Source: the human T2T-CHM13v2.0 reference genome, Homo sapiens
Length of the DNA: 64,000 bases
Strand: one strand, 5' to 3'
Assembly (NCBI RefSeq): GCF_009914755.1
Contig: NC_060940.1
Shown one piece after another: positions 14,873 through 29,862 of the stretch; the stretch's first letter is position 1; each line of letters begins with the position of its first letter. The notes beneath the pieces were generated by a model. That model worked only from the letters and a program-made list of their open reading frames with translations. It did no database searches and was not told the origin of the DNA. A program made the position numbers and the translations under genes.

Positions 14873-15739
14873 ACAGAAACAGAGACAGACTGATAGGAAA
14901 AGAGCCTTTCCCATTTTGATTTTTAGAAATCTGGGAGGCTGCTTAAAACTGTAGTGAATTGCCCTGGAGAAATATTGAGGACTATACTTCCTCTTCCCAT
15001 TTTAGCCTCTTCCCATTAGTAATTGCTTTTATTGGGGAACTACTTCTTGAAAACACATTTAAAATGGAAATCTTACTTCTGAAATTTCTTTCACCGAGGT
15101 GCATTTCGTATCTGGCCCACTTATAAACCCTGCTCTCACTCTTTTGGTTTATAGTCATATCAAAGTCAGAACCACCACTCTGGGGCAGCAGGAACTTATT
15201 AGCTGGGAAAGCTTACTTTTCCCTGTTGTTTCTTAACTCCTGGGCAGTCTAGTTTGGGTATCAGCAAGAGAGAATGAACTGTAATTTGTTTTAGTGCTAA
15301 ATAAGGCTGTGCAGAAATCTTCTCTTTTTTTTATTGACTGCCTAAATCTGGTGTTCCTCACTTAAAATAATATTCAGGATGAAATGTCTGCAATAAATTA
15401 GCAGAATTGCTTCTTCATTCTCAGCTAATTAGTAAGGACAGATGAGCTGTGAATGCCATACCACTGACTTTGGGTCAGGCCGTCTCATTTTCCCCGAACT
15501 TCCGTGGCTGTAGTTGCATATAATGAGGAAGCCAACTTTGGGAATTGAATACTGTTGGTAATGATGCTTAGTCACAAAGAAGAGCTTAGTGCCTCGGTAC
15601 ATTGGCCAAGAACCGCCTTAGTATGTTACCACCTAAGGCTGGAATTATCTCAGGGAGCTGAAAAGATTTGAAAGAACAAGCAAAAGTAATATTTAGCTCC
15701 CCTTTAAGTATAACTGCCTGCATCTACCTGGGCAGGGCC

Positions 15740-16760
15740 TAGTAGACACTAATAAAAGTTAAGAAGTGGTTTTGTTCAGTGCCCGTTAAGGACAGCACTA
15801 TGGAGATAATTCGAATAAATACAAATTCTGGATGCTGCCCTCTGGAAGTTTGTCTTCTACCTATAGAGCCAACACCGACATTCCTGCAAGATCAAACTGT
15901 CCAAGCTGTGAAAAGTGACGGACAGACTGAATGAGAGCGACACAGGATTCTAAATGCCATGGGAATTCAGAGGCGTGGAAGCGGTTAATAACGAATGAAT
16001 TCTGGGGTAGTTGGGAAAGACTCCCTGGAGCAGATGGGCCTTGAAAAATGAAATGGGTTTAGCTTGCCGGAAGTGAAAGAAGAGTAATAACCTGACCAAA
16101 GTCAGGGAGGTAAGAAATGGAAGTTATGTGCTAAGAAGTAAAATCTGTCAGGGAAGGGCAGTCAGACATGGAAGGAGTGACTGCCAGGCAGTGGAGTGTA
16201 GGCGGCAGGTGTTGAAAGTTTCGAAGCAGGTAAATATTGAGCAGAAAGGAGGGAGGGCATGGCAGTACTTATGGAAGTTGGTTTGGCCAGTGGAAGGATA
16301 GCTGCTAGATGACATTCAGAGGCAATTGTAGTAATACAGCTTTGAGGTGACAATAGCCAGGACCAATGTGGTAGCTGAGAAAACAGAGGAAAAAGATGTG
16401 TGAGGGACATTTGGGATAAAACATCTGCCACATGTGGTGCCTGATGGGCTTAAGAAGGATGTTCAGAAATTACGTGAGGTTTGGGGCAAGGAGAAGGATG
16501 GGTGCTTTTTGTTGAGGCTAAGGAATTGGAAGATTAACTAGATTGAGAGTTGAGATTTCATTTCCGTTTCTGATGTTCTGGTAAGCTATCACTGTGGAAA
16601 TGCTCCTGAAGCATTTGGAGATGGGGTAAGAAAATTTCTCAGAAAACAGCTCCATACAGAATTTTCAAGAGCCACAGGCCTAGAGAGAAGAATTGTGGCA
16701 GTAGAAATGAATGTGTAATAGGAGAAATGTTTAGCAGGAGGCAAAGGGCCAAGGTCTCAG
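15740..16760 (-). mobile_element. Highly diverged L2 fragment
   Basis: Purine-rich antisense-L2-like motifs (gatgggccttgaa, ggcaattgtagtaatacag..tgaggtgacaat); boundaries uncertain. Confidence 0.5.
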
Positions 16761-19638
16761 TGAGGAGAAGAAGCCAGGAGGAGGTTGGTAGTGGTGGGGT
16801 GGAAAGGGAGCAGGGACCCAGCTCTCCCAGCTGTATCTCAGAAAGCTGGGAGTTTGCTCATAGAGGGAGTCATCACTCAGCCTCACCTGGCTTCCTTCTT
16901 TACTCTTAAAAGCACTTACCCACCAGTACTATTGATCTTCCCAGCAGCCTGGAGAACCTGGCAGAAGACAGAGCAGAGCCCACCAAGTATCTGTAAAAGT
17001 TTTTCTGGGTAAAGTTCTATATATGGTCACTGTACTGTAGAGCCCTACAGTTGTTCACTTGAATATTATTTTACCTGGCAATTATTATAGTTCTACTTGA
17101 ACCACAAAAGTTCAATAGCTCCCTTTTCTAGACTGTAATCTCTACATTTGTTTAAGTGAGCCCACTTTAATCCCTTATATTAATGAATGCTGGACCCGTT
17201 AGTTTTTAACCCTTTTCTTTTTGCTTTAGTTTTTGGTGTCTAGGGTTATGTAAAGCCAAAATACAAAATTAAACAATGGACTACCAAATTTAGGAATAGA
17301 TCACTTTATGTTCAGTTAGTGACGAGTAAGTAGAGAAGCACCTCCTTTGTAAGGTGGCTTCTTTGTAGCATTTTTGTTGTGACCTCCTTACCTATTCAGG
17401 CATCTGGGGTCTGAAGGCAGGATAGTTAACACTTCTGCTCAGAGGTCCTTTCCAGCCAGCATATCTTGCAACTCCAAGCCAGCCACTCATCTAGTTTCCT
17501 TGGGATACTCGTAGATGGAGGAAGAAGGGGCTGAGCTGATTTAGAATTTATTCTAGCATAAAGAAATACCCTCTTAATTTATTTGTTGGCAATACTAAAG
17601 AGGAAAAACGTCTTAACAGTGACTTGGTGAAGTTTTTTTCAGTAAATAAAGAGGGTTTTCTTACTCCCCTGTAGTGAACCTCAGATGTATCCCTTGGGAA
17701 CAGGTTTTACATCCGTGAAATAGTTTGACTTTAACCACACTTGGGTCTTTGGGTTCTTTTCATCCCCAGGCAGAGATTCCTATTGCTATATATCCACCAT
17801 GCTCCAGTACAGTATTTATTTGATCAGAAACAAAAGAGTTTGCTTCTTGTACTGGTTCAGAGAGGTCCCCCAGGATTGTCTTTTGTTCAGTAATTGGAGC
17901 ATAAGCTGAGCCTGGTTAATTTCAAAGCTACCCTCAACACACACGTTTCTCCCTCCCTCCTTGTGCAGTTTTCTCAGCTGTTAGTGGTACCTTGTATTGG
18001 GTCTGGAACAAAAAAAGCTTGATTGTTGAATGTTAGCTACAACTACTGTGACATCTGCTATGGCACCACATAGCACTGTTGGTGCAGTTAATTTTAAGTT
18101 AGGGTAAGAAAACTAGAAAGCTCTTCAGCTTTACAGTGCTCGTTAACACATGCACCTCCAAATTATGCATTTGGTGTTATCACAATGAATAAAACAAAGG
18201 AAATCATGAGTTGATTTTTATGCTAGTAACTTAAGTTCTTTCATTGTTATTCACTGTTCAGACACCAGTGTGTTCCTATGTTCATTCTTTTTAGTTTACT
18301 TGGGGTTTTTTGTTTGTTTTTGTAAGGCAGAAATGTCTGAAACATCTCAACTCTGGGTATTTATTTAATTGGCAAAAGTTCTGATGTAAGAAATAAGTTA
18401 ATTATATTTATTCTTTTAAAGGAACAATGTAAGTTGGTTTTGCTTCTTAAAATACAAAAATGATGATGGTAGCTGAGTAAGAACCGTCAGTAGTCAAATT
18501 CTGTATGCTAAATAGCCAAGTTAATATTTATATAAAAATACATCATGAAATTGGCAAATATTATGTGTCTTTCAGATTCTGCAGTATAGATGTTGGTTTT
18601 GCAACCAACAGATTGCAATCTTAGGGTTTGTGGTTTTTGTTTTTGAGGAGAGAATGGTTCTATTTTCCTTTTGCAGTCTGCACCATGATGATGGCCCATC
18701 ACCTGACCAGCCTGACTTTAATCATCTGGTGCCTTGGTCTTAGCGTGGCTCTGTCTTTGCTTTTTCACAAGCTTTCCTATAATTGTACAGTTGTTTGCCG
18801 CACTGAATTTCCTTTTTTGACAGTGAAAAACATGATAATATTTTAATGTAGTCTTCAATTTTCAGGTTATATGTTAAAACGTGGAGGAAAAAAATCCCTT
18901 CCTGAGGAGCACTTTTAAAAATCATTGCAGTAGAATGGGAATATTCATTACTTACACATCATATATTTTCCCCTAAATGTTGTGCAAAGAAGTGACAGTT
19001 GAGCTGAGCATATGTTAATAAAAGGTCTGCATTTTCCTGTGTCAGTGACAGTTTCATTGGCTGTATATTCCTGAAATGCAAATAACCTCTGTTCTTTTCA
19101 AAGCTATAATTAATCTGAATAGTTATTAAACAGTATCAAAATCTTTTAACTACTAAGAGGCCAAACATTTAAGATGGCGAATTTACTGTTCTGCTTGAAG
19201 GACAGTACAATTGACAAGGGCACAATGATCCGAGATGCTTCTGTATGTTGTATCTACACATACTGTAGACTAAAATGGCAGAATCTGTCTGCTGCTGTAT
19301 AAAATCTTTTAACTACCATTTATTTTAGCATCATGGCATGTGCAAATTCCTGCTGCTCAGTTAAGGGACCAGCTTCACAACTGGTGTTACAATCTGTGGC
19401 CACAGCACTGCATCACAATGCAGCAAATGCATTTTCCACATTAACCAAACATGACAGCTGAAGCGATTATTAACCATGCAAGATGTCGGAAGTCATCAAA
19501 GATTCACATCAGAGTAATTGCAGTGGTTTGGGTTGGGGAAAAAAAGTATCATAGCATTCCTTGCCTACATGTTGTCTCTCCCCCTCTTAAATCTTAACTT
19601 GGTACAGTCCGTTAACAATAAAATACCCTTCTGTAACC

Positions 19639-20032
19639 TATAAACTGTTACTCCCATCAGTTTGTGCTTTCAAACTGATGGCTGACTTCTCTGAATTTGT
19701 GTAGCGCACAACGAATGGTGATGCTGTGCTCCGGGGGCTGCAGTGCACCCTTTTTAAAGGGACCCTGCAATCTCATTGTTTAATTTGACTCTTTAGTGCT
19801 TCAGTCACATCAGCACTTGCAGAGGGGTTGTTCTTTTCCTTTTTCTTCTTTCTCTCTTTTTCTCTTCTCTCTGTCCTTCTCCCCACCCCCATCCCTCAAT
19901 TCAGGCAGTTTGGGGTGGGAAAAACTTGAGCACTGGTTCCGACAGAGCTCATCTCATATAAGAAGGTTTGGAAGAGCTGCAGTGATCGACAGCATCGACC
20001 GTTCTGTAACTCCTTAAATTTAAGAGCTGCAG
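19639..20032 (+). promoter_or_regulatory. NUP93: Candidate internal promoter and non-coding alternative first exon of NUP93
   Basis: TATAAA at 19639-19644, locally more CpGs, donor CAG|GTAGGA at 20032/20033, in a TE-poor region; consistent with my recollection that NUP93 has short transcript variants starting in this intron. Confidence 0.5.
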
Positions 20033-21299
20033 GTAGGATTGGCCGTGTTTTGTAAAGAAATTAAGACAAATGCACCCTGGTAAATAGAGTGGCAGCATGT
20101 TGTTGCAGTGCCTCTGAAAGACAAGGTCTTGGTTTGTTTGAAAATTTGAGATAAATTTGGAAGCAGTTAACTCATTTGATAGAAGAAGTACTTGATTCTT
20201 CTGAGAATTGTTCAGATTTGTATCTTGCCATTCTAATATTTTTTCTTTTAAAAATGTATTGGGTGGGGCAGAATTTGCTTAAATATTTAAATAGTTGGTT
20301 ATTGGGATTTTTGTGAACTTCTTCTTTAAGTAGCAAGTAGTGTGGTCTTTAGGATTTTTAAAGGAGATACATGTGAAGTGCAAAATTCTTGTATGAGGTG
20401 GAATATGAAAATAGAATTTATTTTATTTACTAAAACCAGATCCTTCTTTGGGATTGCAGGTGAGAGTGAGTGAGTGCGTGTGTGTGTTTGTTTGTGTCTG
20501 TGGTGTGTCTGTGTGTAGGATTCTTTAGGAATTCAGTCCTTTATATTTGGTGATTAGGGAAAAAGTACTATTAGAGATTTTTTTGAACTATCTCACAGGA
20601 AATGTTTTAGCATAAGGCTTGAAATGAGAAGAACTAAACAGTAACACCAAAGAGGAGGATTCCTAAGTATTTACTAAATATTGGCAATTTAAATTGAGAT
20701 GGTTCTTTTTTATTTCTTAAATTCAGTCTCAAAAGAGATCATAGGAGTCCTTTAAGTATATTTCAAATTTTTGGCTAGAGAATATAATTTGTGTAAGTGA
20801 AATGAAAACTTCCTAAGTCATGTAAGCATTATCTGGAGGGTGATAGAATTATAAATCTTGCCTGCAATACTTTTAATACCTTGATTAATATCAAAGATAC
20901 AATACATTTAATTCGGCATTAAAAAGCAGCTTGTTTGTTGTCTTCTCTTAAAAGCAACAACAAAATATGATGATGCATATGGCTTTTTATCCTAAGGAAT
21001 GTATTTGTATTGTGGGACCTGTGGGGTCTGGACCTCTTTCTGAAGCATGTACTTGGAAATTGTTCACCCTAGTTGAGGGGTTTATTTCCCTTTGGAGGTG
21101 TGGGGACTTTCTTTACTCTTAACAATAGGAAGACTTGAGGAGCTGTCAATTGGGGAATACAGGAGAGCTGCTCAGCAGAGGGAGAGGAACTGTGAGAATT
21201 CGGCTCCTCTTGGCATTGGAGTTCTGGATTTACCCATGACTAAGATTCCTTTGAAACTCTGACCCAGTGCAGCATTGCAAAGAATCGATTTCTGAGATG

Positions 21300-21690
21300 A
21301 GACAATGAGATGTGGTTTGCATTTTGTAAAGATGGAGGAAACCTCTAACACTGACCCTGTATGGGAGATGACTCAATTATCCACGCCTTGGTACAGTTGC
21401 AAATTATTTCCCTTTGTCTGAAGTGGGTGGATGCCAGCGCCTTCATCAGAGCTCCTTAATTTAATGTATGGAAAATGTCTCAGCCACCATTTTTAACAAT
21501 TAGCTGTATCATGGTCGAGGTGAGCTGTATTCTGAAGGCAGCTGCAAGGCCATTTCATTTACATTAGGTTCCATGGCACAGGAGCTTTGTTACTGTAAAA
21601 CTAAGAAAATGAATTTGCACATTGTATAGAAGAGTTCTTTAGGAAGGTGGAGAATATTCCCAGAAAGAAAATGGAATTCTTTTGTCTACA
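21300..21690 (+). other. NUP93: Second candidate alternative non-coding 5' exon (start not defined)
   Basis: Donor ACA|GTAAGT with perfect intronic consensus at 21690/21691 in the TE-poor region; the 5' boundary is a guess. Confidence 0.35.
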
Positions 21691-24600
21691 GTAAGTATTT
21701 CTTGTACTCATATAGCAGGGAGAGGTTGAAAATTTGCTTTTGGTTGAATATGCAAAATAGACTTTTAAATGAACGCTGCAAATATGAAAAGTGTAACGCA
21801 GAGGTTCTGCGTTACACTGGATTTTTTTTTAATGTATTTCTCAAAAACCAGGTGTGATATATATACTTAAAAATAGGTTTTGTGAGTGATTTTAGCACAT
21901 GATTTTAATTATTCATCAGTAATTTAAGTTAATGAGAAGTATGAATTTGTCACTAGTCATGAATGGAAATGACACTTGAGAGGAAAAAGAAATCTGAATA
22001 TAGTAAATTTAAAAGAGTTCAGGTTTCTTTTCACTGTCTTTTAAAAGCAGTCTGTTTTCCATTCCTGAAAAGAATGGCTGGATTTTAATTTTAGTGTCTT
22101 ATTTTTGCTCTTGTTTTTAATGAAAATGCTTCCGGGTTAATGACCTATAATAGCTGATTAAAATCCACAAGAAACAAATGTTTTGACAAAACAAGATTTT
22201 TGTTTTCAAAGATCAATAGATTGAGGCTTTCACTCTCACTCATGGGGATAATTTTTAGTGCCTTCTACTTAATTAATAGTTGTGACTTCAAAGCTGCTTG
22301 TGTAAAACTCCTGTTTGTAATTGTAAGCTTATAAATCTTGATTCTTAAAATTAATTGGATTTGACCCGGCTTATTTCTTTGTTCCTTTATACTGTTACTA
22401 AGAGGAAACAAGTGGATTTTAACTTTGATTTGTGTTTCTTTTAAAGGCTGAAGAATTTTTATCTTTTAAACCCTGAAGAATTTATAGTGCATGTATTTTA
22501 TAGTAAACTTTACCATGAAGAATTTGCTCAACATGCTTTATTAGCTGTTTCAGGAGTTGAAGCTTCACAGAACTGGGTATCTGAAAATCCTTTTAACTTG
22601 ATATCAAATTTATAAAGCCAGCTGTTCTTCTAGCTCTTGTTGCACTAGCTCCTGTTTATCCTACTCACTGAGTGCTGTCTTCTCTAATTAATAGATGTTG
22701 GAAACTAGGGAGACAATGATTTTCTTCACATCAGCCTTTTCATTGACATAGGAAGGTTCGGTTGTTGTAAGCCCTGGTTAGAATCCTACAAGATCCATAA
22801 ATCTGTGGCGCAAATATTAACTTACGGAATAAGAGCCTAGATCTCAGCATAATTTTTTAATTATGGGGACAGCATTTAACATGTTTAAATATATGGTAGA
22901 ATGCAAAGGGATTCTTTTCCCTTGGTTTTTATGAGGCTTGCACCTTGAAATGAAAGAGTTTTAGGTCAGCAAATTAGAACTCCATTTTAACTGCAGATTT
23001 GTTTGCATAAAATGTTTGGTTGGATGACATGGGGGGTATCACAGAGCCTCCCTTTGAAATTTTTACAGTAAAACTTGGTTGAAGATCCTGGTCTTTTTTC
23101 CTTTTGTTGGCTTTATAATAAGGCTAGGTGTTAAGTACCCTGGGGGAGGTAGGAGAGACCCAGTTTCTTCCTGCTTTCTTTGCCTCCACCATGGTCTACT
23201 CAAGTTTGGCTGCTCGGAAGAGCCTCTCCTTTCTGGTACTTGTAGGGGATTCCTGAACCTCTTCAATCTGGAAACTCTTCAGTTTTCTCATGAAATTTTA
23301 GCCTGGCTGATAGTGAAGAGTCAGGGATTGGTTCTTTTTGCAACAAAAAATGTATTTGTATCAAACCTTTTACTGCTCTGACAGTACCATAATGTGGATA
23401 AGCAAGCATGTCAGCCAGCTCGCTAGGAAACATTCCGTGGTACTAAGATGGCAGAGAGGAAGGAGTAAAATGGCGTCACCAGGAACACTGTGATAAGGGG
23501 TGGACCGCACGAATTATTTTCTTTAAATTAGGTTTGAAGACACCTTTAGGAGCACTGCCTTGCCTATTTACAACCACTTTTTATTGTTAGAAGATAAAAA
23601 TTTTGAGATTTTCGAAGTAAAGATTTAATTAGCACTTATATGTAGATGGCTTCAAATGTTCCTTCTAAGAAATTGATGGCAAGTATGGTTAAAATAGAAT
23701 TTAAAGTACTTTGTGTTAATACTTCTGAAATGCCTTGCCTTATGCTTTCTTTTTCTTTTTTAGTATAAAAATTTACTCCTTCCAACACAGGGTGAATTTT
23801 TAGAAAACAAAAGACAGTGTGCTTTTTTATGGTGAGGTGAAGTAGCATTCCTACGAAACTATGTTATTTGTCTCTGGTTTTCATTCTAGCTCTTTGTGGG
23901 TTTTAGTTATTTTATATATAAAATATATATTTTGGCCACCTTCAAAAACAAAGCTTATTTTCTTTCTTTTGTGGTTCAAGGTATGGATTATTTTGCATGT
24001 GAACAATAGTCATAGTGGTAATGACAGTGTTGATTTCTCACCTGTTCCCACCTCTCATGAAGTTGGAGTTCTGTTGCTGGCCTTAGGGTTTAGTGCAATC
24101 AGCTCATGTTATAGTTAAGTAAAGGAAGGCTTAACTGCAGTTAAATAACTTTCTCAAGGTCATACATCTGGAAAGCAGTCGATTTTGCCCTAAATCTGGA
24201 CCACCTGACTCCTAATCTGTGCTGCACTGTGTCTCTGTCTGCATCTGACTCCATTTCTTTCTCTGCCAGCTTGCTGGTGACTGATTGATCTAATGGATTG
24301 AGCTTTCAGCAAAGTCTGTCTTGTCTTTGCCTTAGCAACCTAACTCACAGAGATGTTCATTTTCAGCTGTGCCAGAAATTACTTACTGAGCTGTGCTTGG
24401 AGTCTTCCTGGGCCTGTGTTGAAGATGATAAGCATTTATAAACAAACATTTAAAAATAAACTCTATCTTGCAAGTTGAGCTTTTGGGTCCATTGTGTTGG
24501 CTCGGCATGAACGGTGAAGTCTCCTGGGATGGGCAGAGTTGTTACATTCATGTGCTGTAAGCTAGGATGGAGCCAGGCATTCTGACATGTCCTTTTAGTG

Positions 24601-27600
24601 GGTCACGACCTTTTTAACTCTAGGTTTGAGGGGTCCTGCAGGGCAGAGTCTCCCCTTCTCCTCCCAGTAAGGATGAGCTAGGTGAAAGGTTTTAGCTCGC
24701 TGTCAGTTTCAGGCAATTTGTATTTGAATAATGGTCTTACCATCTCTCTTTCTGTTGCCTGTATTTGCCACTCCAGCTAAGCAGTGTTTCCAGTTTTCCA
24801 TACCTGTGGTGACAATGGTGAGTGTTGCATTCTGCAGTATTCCTCAGCTCTGACAGGGTAAAGTCACAATGTTTCCAAACTTAATTAAGGTTTTAGAGAG
24901 TGTGAAATCACCAATACTGTTAACAAAGGAATACCTTGATGAATTCCATTTAAGAGAACGTGAAATTACAAAAGGGAAGGTCTGTTTGTTTTAGTAGTCT
25001 CCAAACAAATCCATTTTTGAAGAAAGAATGTTTGAATAAGAAGAAACTGCAGCAAAACCAGAGCTCCCTTTTCTGTGACAGATCTGTGATGATTGGTGCT
25101 CCAATCCCATCAGCATAAGCATTGCTGCATAGCAGGAGGAGCTGTGATTTTCGACTGCAGTGTAAATGACTGACACCGTATACCAGCAGGGAAATGTGAG
25201 ACTTGGTTCCCAAACATTGTCCTGACTAACAGTGCTCCTTGTGCTTGCTAAGTAGAACTCGAGGCTTAATCCTGAGCGCTGTAGAAACCAGCCTGGCAAA
25301 GCTGCTCAGCTCCTACCTGACTGACTGCGAGACACACCCTCTGCTATCCTTTCCTGCTCGTGGCCCCCAAATCTTGCTTTTGTTTCTTTTTTCCAAAGGG
25401 AAAAAGACACTAGATATGACAAAGCTGGGGATCTGTGTGTGTGCTTTAAATAGTAAAGAACTGCTTTAGTGGGTTCTTGTAGGGTGGGTTTCGGGAGCTG
25501 TGGGAAGGAATGCTGGTCATGATAAAGGCCACTATTGATGCATTCCCATTTTATACTGCAGTGCGGTTTTAGCATCCAGAGTCCTTTGGAAGTGGATTAA
25601 TGCATTTCCAAGGTGGAAATCAGTTCCCTGAAGACATATTGAAACATTTTTTATCATCCCTGAATGTATCTTCCTTATCTTATCTTGCCCATCACCTTAG
25701 CGTGACTGTGATTAATATTTTTTAGATCTATTTATACCTTGGGTGAGGAGAGGGCTCTGCTGCTGCTCTTTGAAGCCAGACATACTGTGACACACTGTTA
25801 ATATTCCATTTGTGAAGCTAGATTGAACCATTTTCTCCTCCAAATCCTCTCTTTTCTTGCGTCTCCAAAGTTTAGCCCTAACCTTTTTGGAGTGATTGCG
25901 GGAAGGGGATAAAATGCTCACAGTTATCCCTGCTTTCTCTCCTGGGGTTACCTCAGCAGTCTGACAGCAGTTGCCTGGCTGCTCTCCCTCCCCCACTGGA
26001 CTTCTGTTGGTCCTGCTTCCCCTACCCTCCCAGGAGAGGAGAGAGAGGATGGCCAGCAGAGGCCCTTCCACCACAGCCTGGCACATCCTGCTGCATCACG
26101 GCCCTTCTCACTAGGACACGGGCTCTGGCCTGATTTTCTGGAGGTGGTAAAGTAGCAGTACAGAGCAGTCAATTCCTTTCCCTATCCCTCTTGTGACCTC
26201 CAAAGGAAAGTTGCTTCTACAACCCTACAAGGGTAGCATAGGGCTTTGCTGGATTTTGGAGAAGAGGGAGGTTCTGCTGAGAAGCATTTTTTCCATTAGT
26301 GCCTGGGTGGCCATCATTTATCATTTTATTCATTTATATTATGCCCTTAACTTGTTTGCACTCCATACGGAGTCTCAGAGCCCTTCAGTAACTGAGCCGG
26401 AAGGACTGCTTCCTGGGATGACCAGAGAGAGAAGTGCAAATAACAGAAATGCCCCAGGGCCCCTGAAAAGGGCAGAACTGGCTTTGCAGTAGTAGCACGG
26501 AGATTTAAATGGCCATCATAGGAATGCCCTTAACCTTGGCCTTCCTCCCCAAGTGCAGCAACAGATGCGCTAAGCAGCCCTAGCTTGATACTGTGGTGTA
26601 GGTATCAGAAGAGCCATCTAGTAGTTATGTGCCTACATTGTGTTGACAAGGGAGATGTGTCATGCATCTCTGGTCTCCTCAGTACCCCACCACAGGAATG
26701 GCATGTCCCCATTATTGCAGATGACTTTCCCTGTAGCTTTCCCCTCTGGGTCATGGTGAGTCCCACCTCTTAATTTATTTTATTTTTTTTTACCCGATGC
26801 TGAAATCTTTGAAGTTGGGTTTTTGTTGCATGATAATTTTTTTTTCTTTTTTGGGAGGTGGAGGGGTGGTAGTAGGTAGGGTCTGCAAAAGGCATTTGGA
26901 TAGACTTACATTAGTGTCTCTAAGGCCTGTGGCTTTCCCAGAAGGCAAAGGTGCAAATGGAGTTATATCACAGCTGTAATGGCATGCCCCTGAAGGGACC
27001 AAGCATGCCAGCACACTTGGGCTAAAGTGTTGCCTGTAAAGCCCTTTGCTGGTCCAGAAGGAGGCATTGCCCAGTGCCATGTGTTGTCAGGTTTTGAATC
27101 ACCTTATGCACATTCAATTCTCTTTAACCTGTGAGAACTTATAGACCATTCTGAAAACCAATTTAAATCATGGGGGCAAATAATTTGTTTTGCCTTAATG
27201 GACACAAATCCGTCACATAATTGTGTGAACCTTTTTTTAGCCCAATAGCAGAAACCATGTACAAAATGGGACCCAGCAGTCTGACAGTGACAGATGGCCT
27301 GGTGCCCACACAGTGCCATGTTATATCGCCAAGGTCTGCCACCTGTGGCTCCAGAGCTGCCTGCAGCAGTGATGGATCTGCTGAGCTGGCAAATGGTGGA
27401 ACTCCACAGCCACTCTTACAGCGTCTGCTGCCACCTGCTGAATGAGAGCAACTAGGCTTTTGCATAAATGCACAGCAAGAAATCATATAACAGCATTAAA
27501 AACATATTACAGTTGGCGAATATCAGCTCTGCCCGCTTAGCACTGCTTTCTGCAGGGTTATTTTTGAAGTTATATATGCAATCTGTGAACAAACAATTTA

Positions 27601-27634
27601 AAGTATTAAAATTTTTGTAGAAAACAAGCAACAG

Positions 27635-28046
<412 letters not shown>

Positions 28047-29862
28047 TCAGTGTCTCATGGGCCTTGTAAGCTGACGTTTTATATATTCTTATTTTATTGC
28101 AGTAATAGTGTCTAATGAAATAACCAAACATGCTATAAACCCTTATGGAAGTTCACCCAAATCTTGAAACTGCTCAAATTAAAAAATTTCTCTGTTCATT
28201 TTCTGGGCTTTATCAGTAATGAACATCTCTTTGCACTTGAAAAAATCCTTGAGGCGCTCTCCGTGTAGGCACCACAAAAGGGAGCTAATGAAAAGCGAGT
28301 CCACACCGTCTGATAAGCCCAGAGGCTCTCCAGGTACTGGTAGGATTTCTGTTGTGCTCATCTGAAAACAGTATCTTATTTCATCCTTCCTCATTTTCTC
28401 CATAAGTAGTTTTTTATCTTTGTACTAATTTTATCCAAGAGAAGTTTTTAGAAGAGGTCATTCATTTGTTCAGAAATTGGCAAGAAGGTTTGGGAGAGGT
28501 TCAGGGAGCATTTTACTTAGAATGAGCTGAAGCAAAGTAATGGTACAACTTACATTCCTGTCTTCTTAGAATGTGGATACTTCTCCATTGCACTAACTAA
28601 AGTACTAACTTTAGTACCAACTGAATACTCAATAGTATTCCAATACTTATTGGACTTCTTGTTTTATCTTGGAGCAGATCCTTTATTGATTAATTTTTAA
28701 CTGCTTTATTATATTTTCTTTCTTCCTTCATTGCTTTCTAGCTGTTGCTTGTGTCTTAGCAATGGTTTTTCAACAACAATGACCATTCCTGATGCCACTG
28801 CTCATTTTGTGTTGATGTTATTTTGATTTGGAATGTTGGCTGCAGATTTCCTATTAATTTGTATGTATTGTACATATTAAAATGAGAGATGATACATGAT
28901 TTTTGTAGCACCCGGCACCTATTTTTATGTCATACCAGATACCTTCTGGTAAATGTTCAGCCTGCTGTAGATGCCTCACTTTTACATTTTGATATGGTGG
29001 ATTGCTGGTTGGTCTGTTTAATGGAAAGAGACATGAGATAGTCTCTTGTGTTTTGAAGGTCATGAAAACATGACTATTGCCTTGTAAGCCCAAATTAGGC
29101 TCTTGTTTATTTATTTTAACAGGAAATTTGTGTGTTCATCAATTCAGACTCTGTGTAACTGTCCAACTGTCCAATCACTTATCTGCTATAGGTGGGAAGG
29201 ACAGAACTGTGAAAGAACCAATGTGAGCACTTTTTTGCCATCTGACTTTCCTGGCTAAGGTGGACACTGAATGTTTTTTTCACAAAGGCCCTTATTTATT
29301 GTAGTTTTCACTTTTGGGAACAAATAAGCCAAGAGAATTTGGCCATTTGGCGAAAACAAACATCCTTTTGCTCGCTCCCTTTTTCTACAGTAGGAATTAG
29401 CTGCCATCTGTATTCTGAAACCCAGAGTTTGCATGATAGGTAAAAATAAGGCAGTTTCATGCCTTTCTTGACCTGAGCCATTTAAGATCCACTTTGGCTG
29501 CCAGGTCCTTGAGATGTGACTACACGTTCCTTAGGAGAATCAAGTTAACCTTGATGTTACGTTCTGGGTTGTTCTTTGCCAGGATACATTGCAAAGCAGC
29601 GAAGCACTTTCTCTGTCAAAGATGGAACACATGACTGGAGATACTGCTTGGACAGATGTGTAGCATTTATTGTTCTACAACAATAATAGTAGCACTATTT
29701 TGGAACACTATGGTGTTGACCTCTAAAGCAATGAGTTCAAGCTTTTAGACTGTGACTCATACACACATACAATTACATATATATAATTGAAACAAAAGTT
29801 TCACAAATCAATACCCATACCACATATCTCTGTTGCATTTATTTTATTAAAAAATGCTGATT

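Noticed and set aside
18660-18870. Cryptic or poison exon after the strong acceptor ctattttccttttgcag (18677)
   Set aside because: No convincing donor found downstream; such acceptors are frequent by chance. Needs junction data.
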